From assembly GCF_018336915.1 (NCBI RefSeq), contig NZ_CP064923.1, positions 870,001 through 902,000 of the forward strand: DNA of 32,000 nucleotides, read 5' to 3'. This DNA is from Acaryochloris marina S15 (GTDB taxonomy: Bacteria > Cyanobacteriota > Cyanobacteriia > Thermosynechococcales > Thermosynechococcaceae). Below the pieces are notes generated by a model. The model was given only the letters and a program-made list of their open reading frames with translations, did not search any database and had not been told where the DNA came from. Numbering within the stretch: the first letter of the stretch is position 1; every line of letters starts with the position of its first letter. Made by a program: the position numbers and the translations under genes. Shown here one piece after another: positions 9,778 through 18,704 of this stretch.

Positions 9778-10506
9778 TTATTTCCTGGAAATAGCCAGGC
9801 CTTTGATCTTATCCGACACCAATTCCCATCGAATTTGCTGGGTATTGGCCTGTTCTTGCAGCTCTTCAGCTAATTCATTGAGCAGCTTATCGTCTCGCTG
9901 AATCGTCATCAGTTCAATTTCCAGCACCACTTGCTTGGGTTTACCTAAGGACTCTAAGCTTTCACTTCGCCAGGCGCTAATCATCATGTCTGCTGTATTG
10001 ATGGAACCTAGGAAGACATTTCGAATTTTTTTCTCTTCATAATGCTCACAGATCAAGACAAACCGATAAATACTCGTGGATTTTCCCGGCTTATGGGGAC
10101 GGAACTTCAACTGCTCCACCAAAGGTCGCATGACTAAGTTAGAGAACACTACTGCAGCTGCTCCCAGATAGGCTGGAAAGAGAAAGCCTCCCCCCACCAG
10201 GGTTCCGACTGATGCAGAGCACCATAAGGTAGCAGCTGTATTCAGCCCTCGCACACTGGTGCCTTCCCTTAAGATGACACCACCCCCCAAAAAGCCCACC
10301 CCCGACACAATCTGAGCAGCGACCCGAGTTGGGCTGGCATCTTGGGCATGCATCAACGACATCATCACAAACATGGATGAGCCGATACAAACCAAAACAT
10401 TGGTTTTAAGCACAGCACGAGTCTGTCGCCACTGCCGTTCGATGCCGATCGCACTTCCCAAAATCAGAGCAACGGTCAGCCGTAAGCTGAAATCAATCCA
10501 AGTCAT
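9778..10506 (-). CDS. MgtC/SapB-family membrane protein with a soluble C-terminal domain
   Basis: MTWIDFSLRLTVALILGSAIGIERQWRQ...TNVLVCIGSSMF is the conserved MgtC N-terminus. A cytoplasmic tail of about 100 aa follows. The start is placed at the internal ATG (10504-10506). Confidence 0.85.
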   Translation of the reverse strand: MTWIDFSLRLTVALILGSAIGIERQWRQTRAVLKTNVLVCIGSSMFVMMSLMHAQDASPTRVAAQIVSGVGFLGGGVILREGTSVRGLNTAATLWCSASVGTLVGGGFLFPAYLGAAAVVFSNLVMRPLVEQLKFRPHKPGKSTSIYRFVLICEHYEEKKIRNVFLGSINTADMMISAWRSESLESLGKPKQVVLEIELMTIQRDDKLLNELAEELQEQANTQQIRWELVSDKIKGLAISRK

Positions 10507-10590
10507 GCAAAAATTGCTCGATAATGCGTTTCGATTCTGACGCAATCAGGTTAAGCCAAGGCTAAGAACCCGCACTTTATTCCCTGATTT

Positions 10591-11040
10591 TTATACCTTC
10601 GTCGAAGATTGAGAAATTGGGCGAATCACCAACTCAGGATATCCAGTCAAGACATCTAGTTCGCGCGTGAATTGCAAGTCTTTGAAGGTTGCAATCACCA
10701 GTTCTAGAGTGGTATGAACAGGGCACCCTGACACCAAATGGCCGCCTCTACACTCCCCTAATTCGTTCGCAACGGTCATATGTAAGTGAACACCTGCTGA
10801 GCTGATGGTGCCGGACAAAGTTAGGATTTCATGTTTTCCAGCTAGGGCTGTTGGTATTTCAGCATTGGCAAACCGCAACTGCACGCTGCTCAAGCTACCC
10901 ACGGCACTCAAAATACTGCCCGCATTAATCTGCTCACGCTTAGCGATTGCTTCGATGGCTGGGCGCACGTCTGTACCGGGTGATAACCTCAGGGCCAATA
11001 CCTGCAGAGGACTTTGTTCTGATACATGATTGATATCCAT
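10591..11040 (-). CDS. PPC/DUF296-domain protein
   Basis: 149 aa. LRLSPGTDVRPAIEAIAKREQINAGSILSAVGSLSSVQLRF...HLHMTVA...GGHL matches the PPC (DUF296) pattern as I remember it. It lies directly upstream of the MgtC-family gene and is co-oriented with it. Confidence 0.65.
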   Translation of the reverse strand: MDINHVSEQSPLQVLALRLSPGTDVRPAIEAIAKREQINAGSILSAVGSLSSVQLRFANAEIPTALAGKHEILTLSGTISSAGVHLHMTVANELGECRGGHLVSGCPVHTTLELVIATFKDLQFTRELDVLTGYPELVIRPISQSSTKV

Positions 11041-11051
11041 GATTCAAGCTG

Positions 11052-12659
11052 TTGACTCACCGTTACTCAGAGCTGATTTCAGACTTAACCCCCTCTTCAA
11101 ACCTTTATGTTCTAACGCTAACGTCTGATAACGACACCTTGAATCAGAATGGATTTGCGTTCGGTTCATGGGTAAGGGAGAATCAACGTCAATACAACGG
11201 GGGACAGTTGTTTCGTTTCAGGAAAACCATCTTGTCTTCATCTAAGTCTTTCAAAATTCCTACGGCTGTTCATTTATCCCTTGGAGCTAGCGGTCCAGAC
11301 GTTCGGGAATTACAGGATTTTCTAGAACATTTTGGCTATCTTCGCTCTACCCAATCAGACCACCCCTACGCGTTTCTCCAAGACTCTACCCCTCTACCCA
11401 CGGCGACACCCGATAGGTTTGATGAAGCCACCTTGGCGGCCTTACATCACTACCAACAATTTCAAGGACTGCCGCTTTCCGATCAGTTAGATGAAGCGAC
11501 TATCGGCCAAATGAGTTTACCTCGCTGTGGTGTCCCAGATGCCCCGGTAGGAGAGTTTGTCGCTCAGGGCAATAAATGGTCTAAAACAGATCTGACCTAT
11601 GGGTTTCAGGAGTTTACGGCTGACCTCACCCCTGCACAAATCCGGGGTGCGATCGCATCTGCGTTTCAGCTCTGGAGTCGAGTCACTCCGCTTACCTTTA
11701 GAGAGGTCAGTTTTAGCAGCAATCCCGATATTGTGATTCGGTTTACCACCGGCGACCATAACGATGACTTTCCCTTTGATGGCGTCGGTAACGTTCTCGC
11801 CCATGCTTTTTTCCCTCCCCCGAATGGCGGCAATCTAGCAGGCGATACCCATTTTGATGATGCCGAAACCTGGAGTGTGACATTACCCACATCCGGTCGA
11901 GATCTGGCCACCGTTGCTGCCCATGAATTTGGTCATGCATTGGGCTTATCCCACTCCCAAGTTCAAGGAGCATTGATGGCCCCCACCTACAGAGGTCCCC
12001 AACGGTTTCTCAGCCCAGACGATATCAACGGGATTCAGTCTCTGTATGGAGATGTGAACAACAACCGATTTGCGGATATTACCAACGATATCTATCGTTC
12101 AGAAATCCTGGCAGCCGTTGACCTGAACTTTATTGCTGGATTTAATAACAACACCTTTCAGCCTTTGGCTTTTCTGACTCGGGAACAGCTCGTGTCCATG
12201 AGTTTAGAAGCCTTAAAAAATATTTCTGACTTGAATCTACAGCTCCCCAGCCAAGTCAGTACCAGTCCATTCCCAGATGTGAATGCCTCTCGCTGGAGTG
12301 CCGCTAAAATCAGTTTTGCTAGTGCAAATCAAATCGTGGCAGGCTATCGAGATGATACGTTTCGGCCTACCGTAACCGTGACCCGAGCAGAGATGATGGC
12401 GATCCTGCGACGCACCGCTGAATTTGTGCGATCGCGTCAGGGTTTCAACCCCCAGGTACCTACAATCCAAACACCTTTCGCCTTCAACGATATTCGGAAT
12501 CACTGGGCAGAAGCCGTGATTGAGCAAATGTCTGGCTATTGTGGGGTTGCCTCCCCCTTAAACGAGAGAGGAAGGGCATTTTTCCCGACCCGGCCAGCTC
12601 GTCGCAACTATGGTGCTGCAGCGACCTTACGGATGCTCAACTGCGTGCGGGCAGTATAG
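11052..12659 (+). CDS. Matrixin (M10A, MMP-like) zinc metalloprotease with a PG-binding-like prodomain, a cysteine switch and three C-terminal SLH domains
   Basis: The PRCGVPD cysteine switch and the HEFGHALGLSHS zinc site are present, with a Met-turn (ALMAPTY). The prodomain reads GPDVRELQDFLEHFGYL...HHYQQFQGLP. There are three SLH repeats: FADITNDIYRSEILAA..., FPDVNASRWSAAKISFA... and FNDIRNHWAEAVIEQM.... The assumed TTG start is uncertain and no signal peptide is visible. Confidence 0.9.
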   Translation: MTHRYSELISDLTPSSNLYVLTLTSDNDTLNQNGFAFGSWVRENQRQYNGGQLFRFRKTILSSSKSFKIPTAVHLSLGASGPDVRELQDFLEHFGYLRSTQSDHPYAFLQDSTPLPTATPDRFDEATLAALHHYQQFQGLPLSDQLDEATIGQMSLPRCGVPDAPVGEFVAQGNKWSKTDLTYGFQEFTADLTPAQIRGAIASAFQLWSRVTPLTFREVSFSSNPDIVIRFTTGDHNDDFPFDGVGNVLAHAFFPPPNGGNLAGDTHFDDAETWSVTLPTSGRDLATVAAHEFGHALGLSHSQVQGALMAPTYRGPQRFLSPDDINGIQSLYGDVNNNRFADITNDIYRSEILAAVDLNFIAGFNNNTFQPLAFLTREQLVSMSLEALKNISDLNLQLPSQVSTSPFPDVNASRWSAAKISFASANQIVAGYRDDTFRPTVTVTRAEMMAILRRTAEFVRSRQGFNPQVPTIQTPFAFNDIRNHWAEAVIEQMSGYCGVASPLNERGRAFFPTRPARRNYGAAATLRMLNCVRAV

Positions 12660-12683
12660 TTCTACCCGCACGCCAACCCGGTT

Positions 12684-13475
12684 CTAGAAAGCTAGATCAT
12701 CAACGACTGGGTCATAACGCTCAGACATTCCTTTATCCAGATCGCTTTGGACACGATCGCCCTGGGCAAAATTCTCATGGGCCTCAAAATCAGCGATTAG
12801 TTTTTGCTTAATGCTAGGGTCATATCCCAAGAAAAAGTTGCGCCAGTTTTCGTTAGTCGGTTGACCATGCTCCACAATTGAACAGACCCAGGATTTCTTT
12901 TCTTGTCCTTTGAGGATCGGCTGCAGCTTAACCGCAAGAATCGATAAAGCAAAAAAGCGATCGCCCCGAGGTTTGCCATAGGCCCAGTTCATTTGGGAGT
13001 GGAACTGGTTAAAATGCTCGCCAAACGACCCACAGAGGGAGCCCTTAGCGGTGAATTGCAAGGGAGATTGATGGAGAAGTTGCTTTTGTCGACTGACTAA
13101 ATACACCAAATAGCGGGTCTTGAGGATGACCTCTTCAGGATTATAATTATCGCGATCAAAAGAGCCCAGGAAGGCACGGTCTTTACGCGAAAACATCAGC
13201 AAGGGAGACCGTCGCAACACGGCTAAACGGGCAGTGAGGCTACGATAGCCCACGGCCACTCCCCCCGACATGAAATAGGCATCATGGGACTGCCACTCCG
13301 GCGTCGGTTGAAAGCCGACAGCAGCAGCATTATCAGCAGAGATAAAGAATCCAGCCTGCTGCGGATCTTCGTGATTGAGTATTTGCAGATACGGCAGGGG
13401 CTGATAAGCAGGACCATATTCATCCCCGGCAAATTCGTCGATCTGAGCAGGTTGAGTGAGGGTTGCGGACATCAT
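12684..13475 (-). CDS. Hypothetical protein (263 aa), family not recognised
   Basis: A long ORF with ordinary composition that contains a HIP1 site near 12956. I cannot name any motif with confidence. Confidence 0.65.
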   Translation of the reverse strand: MMSATLTQPAQIDEFAGDEYGPAYQPLPYLQILNHEDPQQAGFFISADNAAAVGFQPTPEWQSHDAYFMSGGVAVGYRSLTARLAVLRRSPLLMFSRKDRAFLGSFDRDNYNPEEVILKTRYLVYLVSRQKQLLHQSPLQFTAKGSLCGSFGEHFNQFHSQMNWAYGKPRGDRFFALSILAVKLQPILKGQEKKSWVCSIVEHGQPTNENWRNFFLGYDPSIKQKLIADFEAHENFAQGDRVQSDLDKGMSERYDPVVDDLAF

Positions 13476-13521
13476 TATTGAAATCTCCTTGATCGTTAGT
13501 TGAAGGTGAGGAAAGCGGTTG

Positions 13522-13686
13522 TTAGGCAGCCCATTGAGAGGTGTGAGACTCCAGGCTGTTATATCCCTGCATATACTCTGGATTCCTGGCGTACCGAGGA
13601 GGCAGGGATTTCAATGCATCTTCAAGCCCTTGGCAATAGGCACTCTGGCATTGAGCATCTAGAAAAATGATTTGAAAGTGAGACAT
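13522..13686 (-). CDS. Possible small protein (54 aa, MSHFQIIFLDAQCQSAYCQGLEDAL...)
   Basis: It lies 46 nt upstream of the 263-aa gene and is co-oriented with it. The start is placed at the internal ATG. Support is weak. Confidence 0.3.
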   Translation of the reverse strand: MSHFQIIFLDAQCQSAYCQGLEDALKSLPPRYARNPEYMQGYNSLESHTSQWAA

Positions 13687-14441
13687 ATGAACACCTGCAT
13701 CCAAAAAAAGTGAGGGAGTGATTATGCGTTGGCGGTTGCCAAGATTGGGCAAGACCAGTTGAGAAATAACACCCGACGGAAGGAGGTGTTTCCCTCTCTC
13801 GCATAGTACAAGTGTATCAGTACATGCGTACTATTGCAATATCCTTTTCTCCATCTAGATCCCATACTCCTAAAGCTTTTAAGGCTAAATTGATTGCCCC
13901 AGGCTTTAATAATTTGTTACGAAAGGAATAGAACCGACAAAAGAGACTACATATTTCAGAAAAGGCTCTTTTTAGCAGCTCCTTTCCAGATAAGACTGAT
14001 TTATCTAGAGAATTCTCAATTCTGCTCCAATAGAACCCATATATGAGGATCGGGATTCAACCGATCAGCCCATCTCAAGTTCAGTCATTCCTTTGGCAAT
14101 AAGGGGTTTGAGCTTGGCTAGCTCGGTCTTACCGGCGATGCCAACGCACTAGGACTGGCTGTGATAGTTGCCGAGAACGATGGGACGGATCGGGTCTGTC
14201 CATCAAGCATCAACCTTGCAAAAAATTACGTTTATAGATCAACAGAATTTCAATCAAAAAACTGGGAATTATAGAATAAATTGCTCACTCAATTTTTCCA
14301 TAATTTTATGCGAGATAAAAAATATTAAATCCGTGCTATGTCAAAGAACAAACGTATGCTTTTTGTTTTTAAATCAACCAATATTTATACGTTTTCCAAG
14401 TAAACAGCCAATATCTTTTCTTCTTGTTATAAAAAGTATTT

Positions 14442-15755
14442 ATGTTGCAATCCAATATCTTAGTACTTGCCCGTCAAGGCCAGGTAGAGGCCATCACCGA
14501 TGCCCTCAATCATGTCCTGCAGACCTTAACTGTGACGGGTCGGGCAATTATTGAATCAGAGAAAATTATTTTTATTGTCACCAAGTCAGACGGTATTCCA
14601 CCTCAAACCCTTGTTGAGAAATATATTAAAAACTTCCTAATCTATCTTCAAATTCCTTTTATTAGCCAGGCTGAAATTTATGCTAAGGATACAACCTCTC
14701 ACTCTTTAGAATGGTTTAGTCAGTTTTCTATGGCATCATTAGATCCTAAAAAAGCTGATGTACATTCATCTCAGAATCTTGATGAGAATATTCCGTCCTC
14801 CAATTTTGCCCCTCACTCAGAAAGAGACGCTAACCCGGTAGCTAGTTCAAACGCGAATCAAGATGGTGCTACATCCAGGGATATCCCTTTTAGAGAGTCT
14901 GTCGAGGATCAGTCACAAGATAACAGCAACACTTGGGATATAGTCTCCGCCTCTAGCAATGGTCCAATACCCAATCCAGTCAGCTTTGAGGAATTACCTC
15001 AAAACTTAAAGCAAAGCATTAAGTCAGCAGGCTTGAGGGCAGGAGAAACTCGTTCCTGGCAAGAAGCCCAGAAAATGTACAAAAAAATCCCTAAGAATGT
15101 CTGTCGCTTAGGGGCTAAGGGCATTCGTCAATATAAACAAAATCATGATTGGAGTCATAAAAAATCCCACGTCCATGGGGGATCTAGCAAGGCCAGTAAT
15201 GGAGACTGGGAAGCGCCAAGCGTGAATCGAGCGCGGGGTAAAAAGAATATTACTCCCACCGAAAAACAGACGATTGCCAAAGCTAAAGCAGAGATCAACT
15301 TTCAGGCTGGCACGAAGGTGGTGGCACAGCAGGCTACCAAAGCCGGAAAGTCAGCATTTGGATTTGAATTGGCTTTTAGTGGTTTGAATAATTTTGTAGC
15401 GGTGCAGCAAGGTCAGAAATCGGTGGAAGATGCGCTGGTTGATACGTTGAAAGCTTCTGCGACGGCTGCGGCAACCACAACTGTTGTTACCGGCGGTATT
15501 GTGGCAATTTCTATTGTTTTTCCTCCGGCAGGCGCTGCGTTTGCGACGGCGGCACCGGTCCTGAAAATTGTCGGCAAGGTGAACTGTCTAAAGCGGGTGA
15601 TCGGTATCCTCTCGGGTAGTGACAAGGTCGAAGGGGCAGATCAAATTCAGGCGTTAATGGACTCCTACGGTTTGGATGAAAAGGAGCTGATCTACCGAGA
15701 TTTGGAGATGGATGATGATCTGGCAAAACTAAAACTCGATATGGGAATGGCATAA
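14442..15755 (+). CDS. Multidomain hypothetical protein: cyanobacterial N-terminal module, low-complexity linker, HNH/His-Me-finger-like motif, hydrophobic hairpin
   Basis: The N-terminus LARQGQVEAITDALNHVLQ...IPPQTLVEKYIKNFL...EWFSQF resembles a recurrent cyanobacterial N-terminal module (from memory). NHDWSHKKSHVHGGSSKASNGDWEAPSVNRARGKK fits H-x3-S-x3-GG-x5-N-x8-N-xx-RG. ATAAATTTVVTGGIVAISIVFPPAGAAFATAAPVLKIVG is a hydrophobic hairpin of about 40 aa. Confidence 0.7.
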   Translation: MLQSNILVLARQGQVEAITDALNHVLQTLTVTGRAIIESEKIIFIVTKSDGIPPQTLVEKYIKNFLIYLQIPFISQAEIYAKDTTSHSLEWFSQFSMASLDPKKADVHSSQNLDENIPSSNFAPHSERDANPVASSNANQDGATSRDIPFRESVEDQSQDNSNTWDIVSASSNGPIPNPVSFEELPQNLKQSIKSAGLRAGETRSWQEAQKMYKKIPKNVCRLGAKGIRQYKQNHDWSHKKSHVHGGSSKASNGDWEAPSVNRARGKKNITPTEKQTIAKAKAEINFQAGTKVVAQQATKAGKSAFGFELAFSGLNNFVAVQQGQKSVEDALVDTLKASATAAATTTVVTGGIVAISIVFPPAGAAFATAAPVLKIVGKVNCLKRVIGILSGSDKVEGADQIQALMDSYGLDEKELIYRDLEMDDDLAKLKLDMGMA

Positions 15756-15879
15756 AGCCTCTCCAGCATCCTAGTTCGCACTACTGGGTAGCCCAGCGAA
15801 GTGTAATTTTGACACGGATGATGTCCTCCTCAAAATGGCACTATGCTTTGAATAGGTCATCTTTGATGCAACTAGACTT

Positions 15880-16407
15880 ATGCCTCAATCACACTCCACT
15901 CAATCCCCGCTTACAAACCTGCAGGGACGGATTGTTCAGATTAATGTGTCCGATGGAGGTGTGCCTAAACAGTCGGTGCCTAGCGTTCAGATTAACCAAG
16001 AAGGCTTGGTAGGCGATCGTCAGAAGAATCTCAAACATCACGGTGGTCCAGATCGAGCTGTCTGTTTATGGTCAACAGAAATCATCGACATGCTGCAAGC
16101 GGAGGGGCATCCTATTGAACCGGGTGCTGTGGGGGAAAATATAACGGTGGCAGGTTTAGATTGGCAGCAGTTAATCCCCGGAATTCAGCTGCAGTTAGGA
16201 GAGAAGGTGCTTGTAGAAATCACGGACTATGCTCAGCCTTGCCGCACGATTGCCCGCTATTTTAAACTCCGTCGCTATGGTCGTATTAGTCAAAAACGGA
16301 ATCCAGGGATGAGTCGTCTTTATGCCAAGGTTCTAAAAGATGGGTGTGTGAGCGTAGGAGATAATATTCATTGCTCTAACCATGCCATGTCGTATGGTGA
16401 AAGCTAA
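15880..16407 (+). CDS. MOSC-domain protein (YiiM-like)
   Basis: GDRQKNLKHHGGPDRAVCLWS...GENITVAGLDW...YAQPCRTI is the typical MOSC beta-barrel signature, including the conserved Cys. Confidence 0.85.
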   Translation: MPQSHSTQSPLTNLQGRIVQINVSDGGVPKQSVPSVQINQEGLVGDRQKNLKHHGGPDRAVCLWSTEIIDMLQAEGHPIEPGAVGENITVAGLDWQQLIPGIQLQLGEKVLVEITDYAQPCRTIARYFKLRRYGRISQKRNPGMSRLYAKVLKDGCVSVGDNIHCSNHAMSYGES

Positions 16408-16553
16408 CCCTTTTCCCAAAATTAAAAAGTTACGATTCAGGCTTAAAACATGGCTGCAGATGGAGTCATACTTGCATTCTCAACACAATGTTTGAAGCCT
16501 GAGTTTTGTATGCCAGCAGCCGTTTGACAGGCTGAAAACTCTAGAGAAAAGCC

Positions 16554-16862
16554 ATGATAATCATTACTGGAAAGATAAAAGTTCAATCTTCTGAAGAGTT
16601 GGCTAGGGTCAAAGACGCACTGATACGTCGTGCCCAGAAAAGCCGCACAGACAAAGGCAATATCGAATACATCTTCCCGCAGAATCTCGAAGATCCAACA
16701 GAGATCATTCTCACTGAAAAATGGACTGACATCACATCCCTCCAGGAACATCTTCAAATCCCCGATGAAGAATTCTCCACAATCCTAGGTTCGGCACTGA
16801 TTGAGCAGGCGGTCGTTCTCTCTCATGAAGTGACAGCAGAGCGCACGCTTCTAGAACGGTAG
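16554..16862 (+). CDS. ABM-domain (antibiotic-biosynthesis-monooxygenase-like) protein
   Basis: About 100 aa. MIIITGKIKV...NIEYIFPQNLEDPTEIILTEKWTDITSLQEHL matches the ferredoxin-like ABM pattern. Confidence 0.65.
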   Translation: MIIITGKIKVQSSEELARVKDALIRRAQKSRTDKGNIEYIFPQNLEDPTEIILTEKWTDITSLQEHLQIPDEEFSTILGSALIEQAVVLSHEVTAERTLLER

Positions 16863-16897
16863 GCGATATCCTTTCCTGAAGACAGCCGCGATGAGAT

Positions 16898-17806
16898 TCA
16901 AGGCATGACTAGACGAGGAACGTTCTGCTTAAAGAAGTCAATAAAGACCCTGAGCTTGAGGGGCACATAGCATCTAGAAGGATAGACGAACCACGCTGCA
17001 GTACTAAAGTCTGTACCTGTGACCTCATAGTCTGGTAAGACATCCACCAAGGTTCCTGTGCGTAAATCTTCATTGATCAGCCAGTTGGGGAGTAAGGCCA
17101 ATCCCATATTTGCGATCGCACATTGTTGCAAGGCAATACCATTGGAAATCACCGTGTTGCCATGAATGGGCACTTCCGTTAGAGTTCCCTGGGCATCTTT
17201 AAACAGCCATTGGGTCTGAAACCCCGCCAAAGGAAACCGCAGACAATTATGATCCGCAACATCCTGGGGAATAGTGATCCGGGGCGACTGCTTCAAATAG
17301 TCTGGACTGGCACAAACCCGATATTGGGTGCGCATCAACTGCTGAGCAATCAGGGTGGAATCCTGGAGCAGTCCCAGGCGGATCGCCACATCAATCCGGT
17401 TCATTAACAAATCCTCAACAGCATCTGAAAATAATAAATTGACCGTCAGGTCCGGATACAGTTGCTCAAACTGAGGCAAGAGGGGCACAATACACTTCAG
17501 CCCAAATGAGGCCGAGACCGTCACCCGCAACTGACCCTTGGGTTGCCCCACCACATCTGCTGCGATATCAGACGCTTGTTGCAGTTCTTCGACTAAAGGC
17601 TCAATGCGATCAAAGTAAGTTTTTCCGGCTTCCGTCAGCGAGAGTTGGCGAGTCGTCCGCTGCAAGAGTCGGAGGTCCAGTTCCTTCTCCAGACCTGCGA
17701 TTGCCCGCGATACCGACGACGGATCAATATTGCGATCGCGAGCCACTCTCGCAAAACTGCCCTGCCTAACGACATCCACAAACAACTTCAGTACTGATAT
17801 ATCCAT
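16898..17806 (-). CDS. LysR-family transcriptional regulator
   Basis: MDISVLKLFVDVVRQGSFARVARDRNIDPSSVSRAIAGLEKELDLRLLQRTTRQLSLTEAG is the LysR wHTH. A LysR substrate-binding domain follows. The start is set at the internal ATG (17804-17806). Confidence 0.9.
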   Translation of the reverse strand: MDISVLKLFVDVVRQGSFARVARDRNIDPSSVSRAIAGLEKELDLRLLQRTTRQLSLTEAGKTYFDRIEPLVEELQQASDIAADVVGQPKGQLRVTVSASFGLKCIVPLLPQFEQLYPDLTVNLLFSDAVEDLLMNRIDVAIRLGLLQDSTLIAQQLMRTQYRVCASPDYLKQSPRITIPQDVADHNCLRFPLAGFQTQWLFKDAQGTLTEVPIHGNTVISNGIALQQCAIANMGLALLPNWLINEDLRTGTLVDVLPDYEVTGTDFSTAAWFVYPSRCYVPLKLRVFIDFFKQNVPRLVMP

Positions 17807-17865
17807 TGCACGCGCAATAATCGGTCCATGCAGGCTAACCTTAAAGACATTTTTGCATGAATTAT

Positions 17866-17888
17866 TTTTTGATTCATGAACATCATGC
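17866..17888. promoter_or_regulatory. Inverted repeat CATGAAT-N9-ATTCATG in the LysR/peroxiredoxin divergent intergenic region (candidate LysR box)
   Basis: The 7-bp arms at 17866-17872 and 17882-17888 were read directly. The location fits the usual LysR autoregulatory geometry. No functional evidence. Confidence 0.3.
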
Positions 17889-17988
17889 ATGAGTCTCATG
17901 CATCAATCCGTCTTTATTGTTCAATTTTTCGTGAGTACAGTGGAGACAAATCAGTTTGAATTACGATCTGCAGTCACCGGAGGTTGCC

Positions 17989-18636
17989 ATGTCCCTCGCC
18001 ACAGAATTACAAGCCGTTACCGAAAACGTCCGTCAAAAGGCTCCAGAAAACGTCTTTTCCACCATGGAAGCCGCAACTGCCAAACTAGCTGCAACCGGGA
18101 TTACAGACCAAGCCTTACAACCCGGCCAAACCATGCCAGATTTTGAGTTGCCCGATGCCACTGGGAAGCTGGTGAGCAGCAGCGAATTACGCACCCAAGG
18201 TCTGCTGCTAATTTCCTTCTATCGGGGCAACTGGTGTCCCTACTGCAATCTTGAGTTGCAAGCCCTACAAGCTCACTTGGACAAAATCACTGCCCAAGGG
18301 GCCACCCTCGTAGCTATTTCTCCTGAAGTCCCGGATCAATCCCTGACTACTCAAGAAAAGTTTGATCTGAAGTTTCCAGTGCTCACCGATATAGGCAACA
18401 AAGTCGCTCGGCAGTTCGGGCTAGTGTTTACCCTCGACGAAAGCTTACGACCGATTTATGAAAGCTTTGGGATTGATGTCCCTACTCATAATGGCGATCA
18501 GAGCTTTGAATTACCTATCCCAGCCACTTATCTTGTCGCTGCTGACGGCACAGTTCTAAATCGCTTTATTGATGTTGACTATCGCGAGCGGTTAGCCCCA
18601 GAAACTGCTTTGACTTGGCTACAAGCAGCTCAGTAA
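17989..18636 (+). CDS. Peroxiredoxin-like (AhpC/TSA, thioredoxin-fold) protein with a CPYC motif
   Basis: MPDFELPDATGKLVSSSEL...LLISFYRGNWCPYCNLELQAL. ATG 17989 is preceded by ggagg. Confidence 0.8.
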   Translation: MSLATELQAVTENVRQKAPENVFSTMEAATAKLAATGITDQALQPGQTMPDFELPDATGKLVSSSELRTQGLLLISFYRGNWCPYCNLELQALQAHLDKITAQGATLVAISPEVPDQSLTTQEKFDLKFPVLTDIGNKVARQFGLVFTLDESLRPIYESFGIDVPTHNGDQSFELPIPATYLVAADGTVLNRFIDVDYRERLAPETALTWLQAAQ

Positions 18637-18704
18637 ATATCCGCGTTGTGGCAGGATCTTCTCTACCACAACGCTCATCCTTATACACCGAGATTTCCTT
18701 AGAT

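Noticed and set aside
9681-9780. A 35-codon open frame continuing in-frame past the MgtC-family stop codon (FQAHGQEALQRVVSLDGIGHIVGIHGGLARLSILE*)
   Set aside because: It could hint at readthrough or a former fusion. However, the MgtC-family protein is already full length and the extension carries no motif I can place. It is probably coincidence.
13990-14215. Possible resolvase-like HTH remnant on the minus strand (…AGKTELAKLKPLIAKGMTELEM… with frame changes)
   Set aside because: The similarity to serine-recombinase C-terminal HTH regions is only impressionistic. It needs a frameshift to work and no catalytic-domain remnant is visible. It is too weak to call a mobile-element scar.
14168-14554. 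Plus-strand ORF of 128 aa overlapping the start of the 437-aa gene
   Set aside because: It runs through very AT-rich intergenic DNA. Its translation is Ile/Asn/Phe-rich and typical of random AT-rich frames. The 14442 ATG frame continues for 437 codons.
16443-16757. Minus-strand ORF of 104 aa
   Set aside because: It is antisense to the ABM-domain gene, whose fold pattern is recognisable. The minus-strand product has no motifs.
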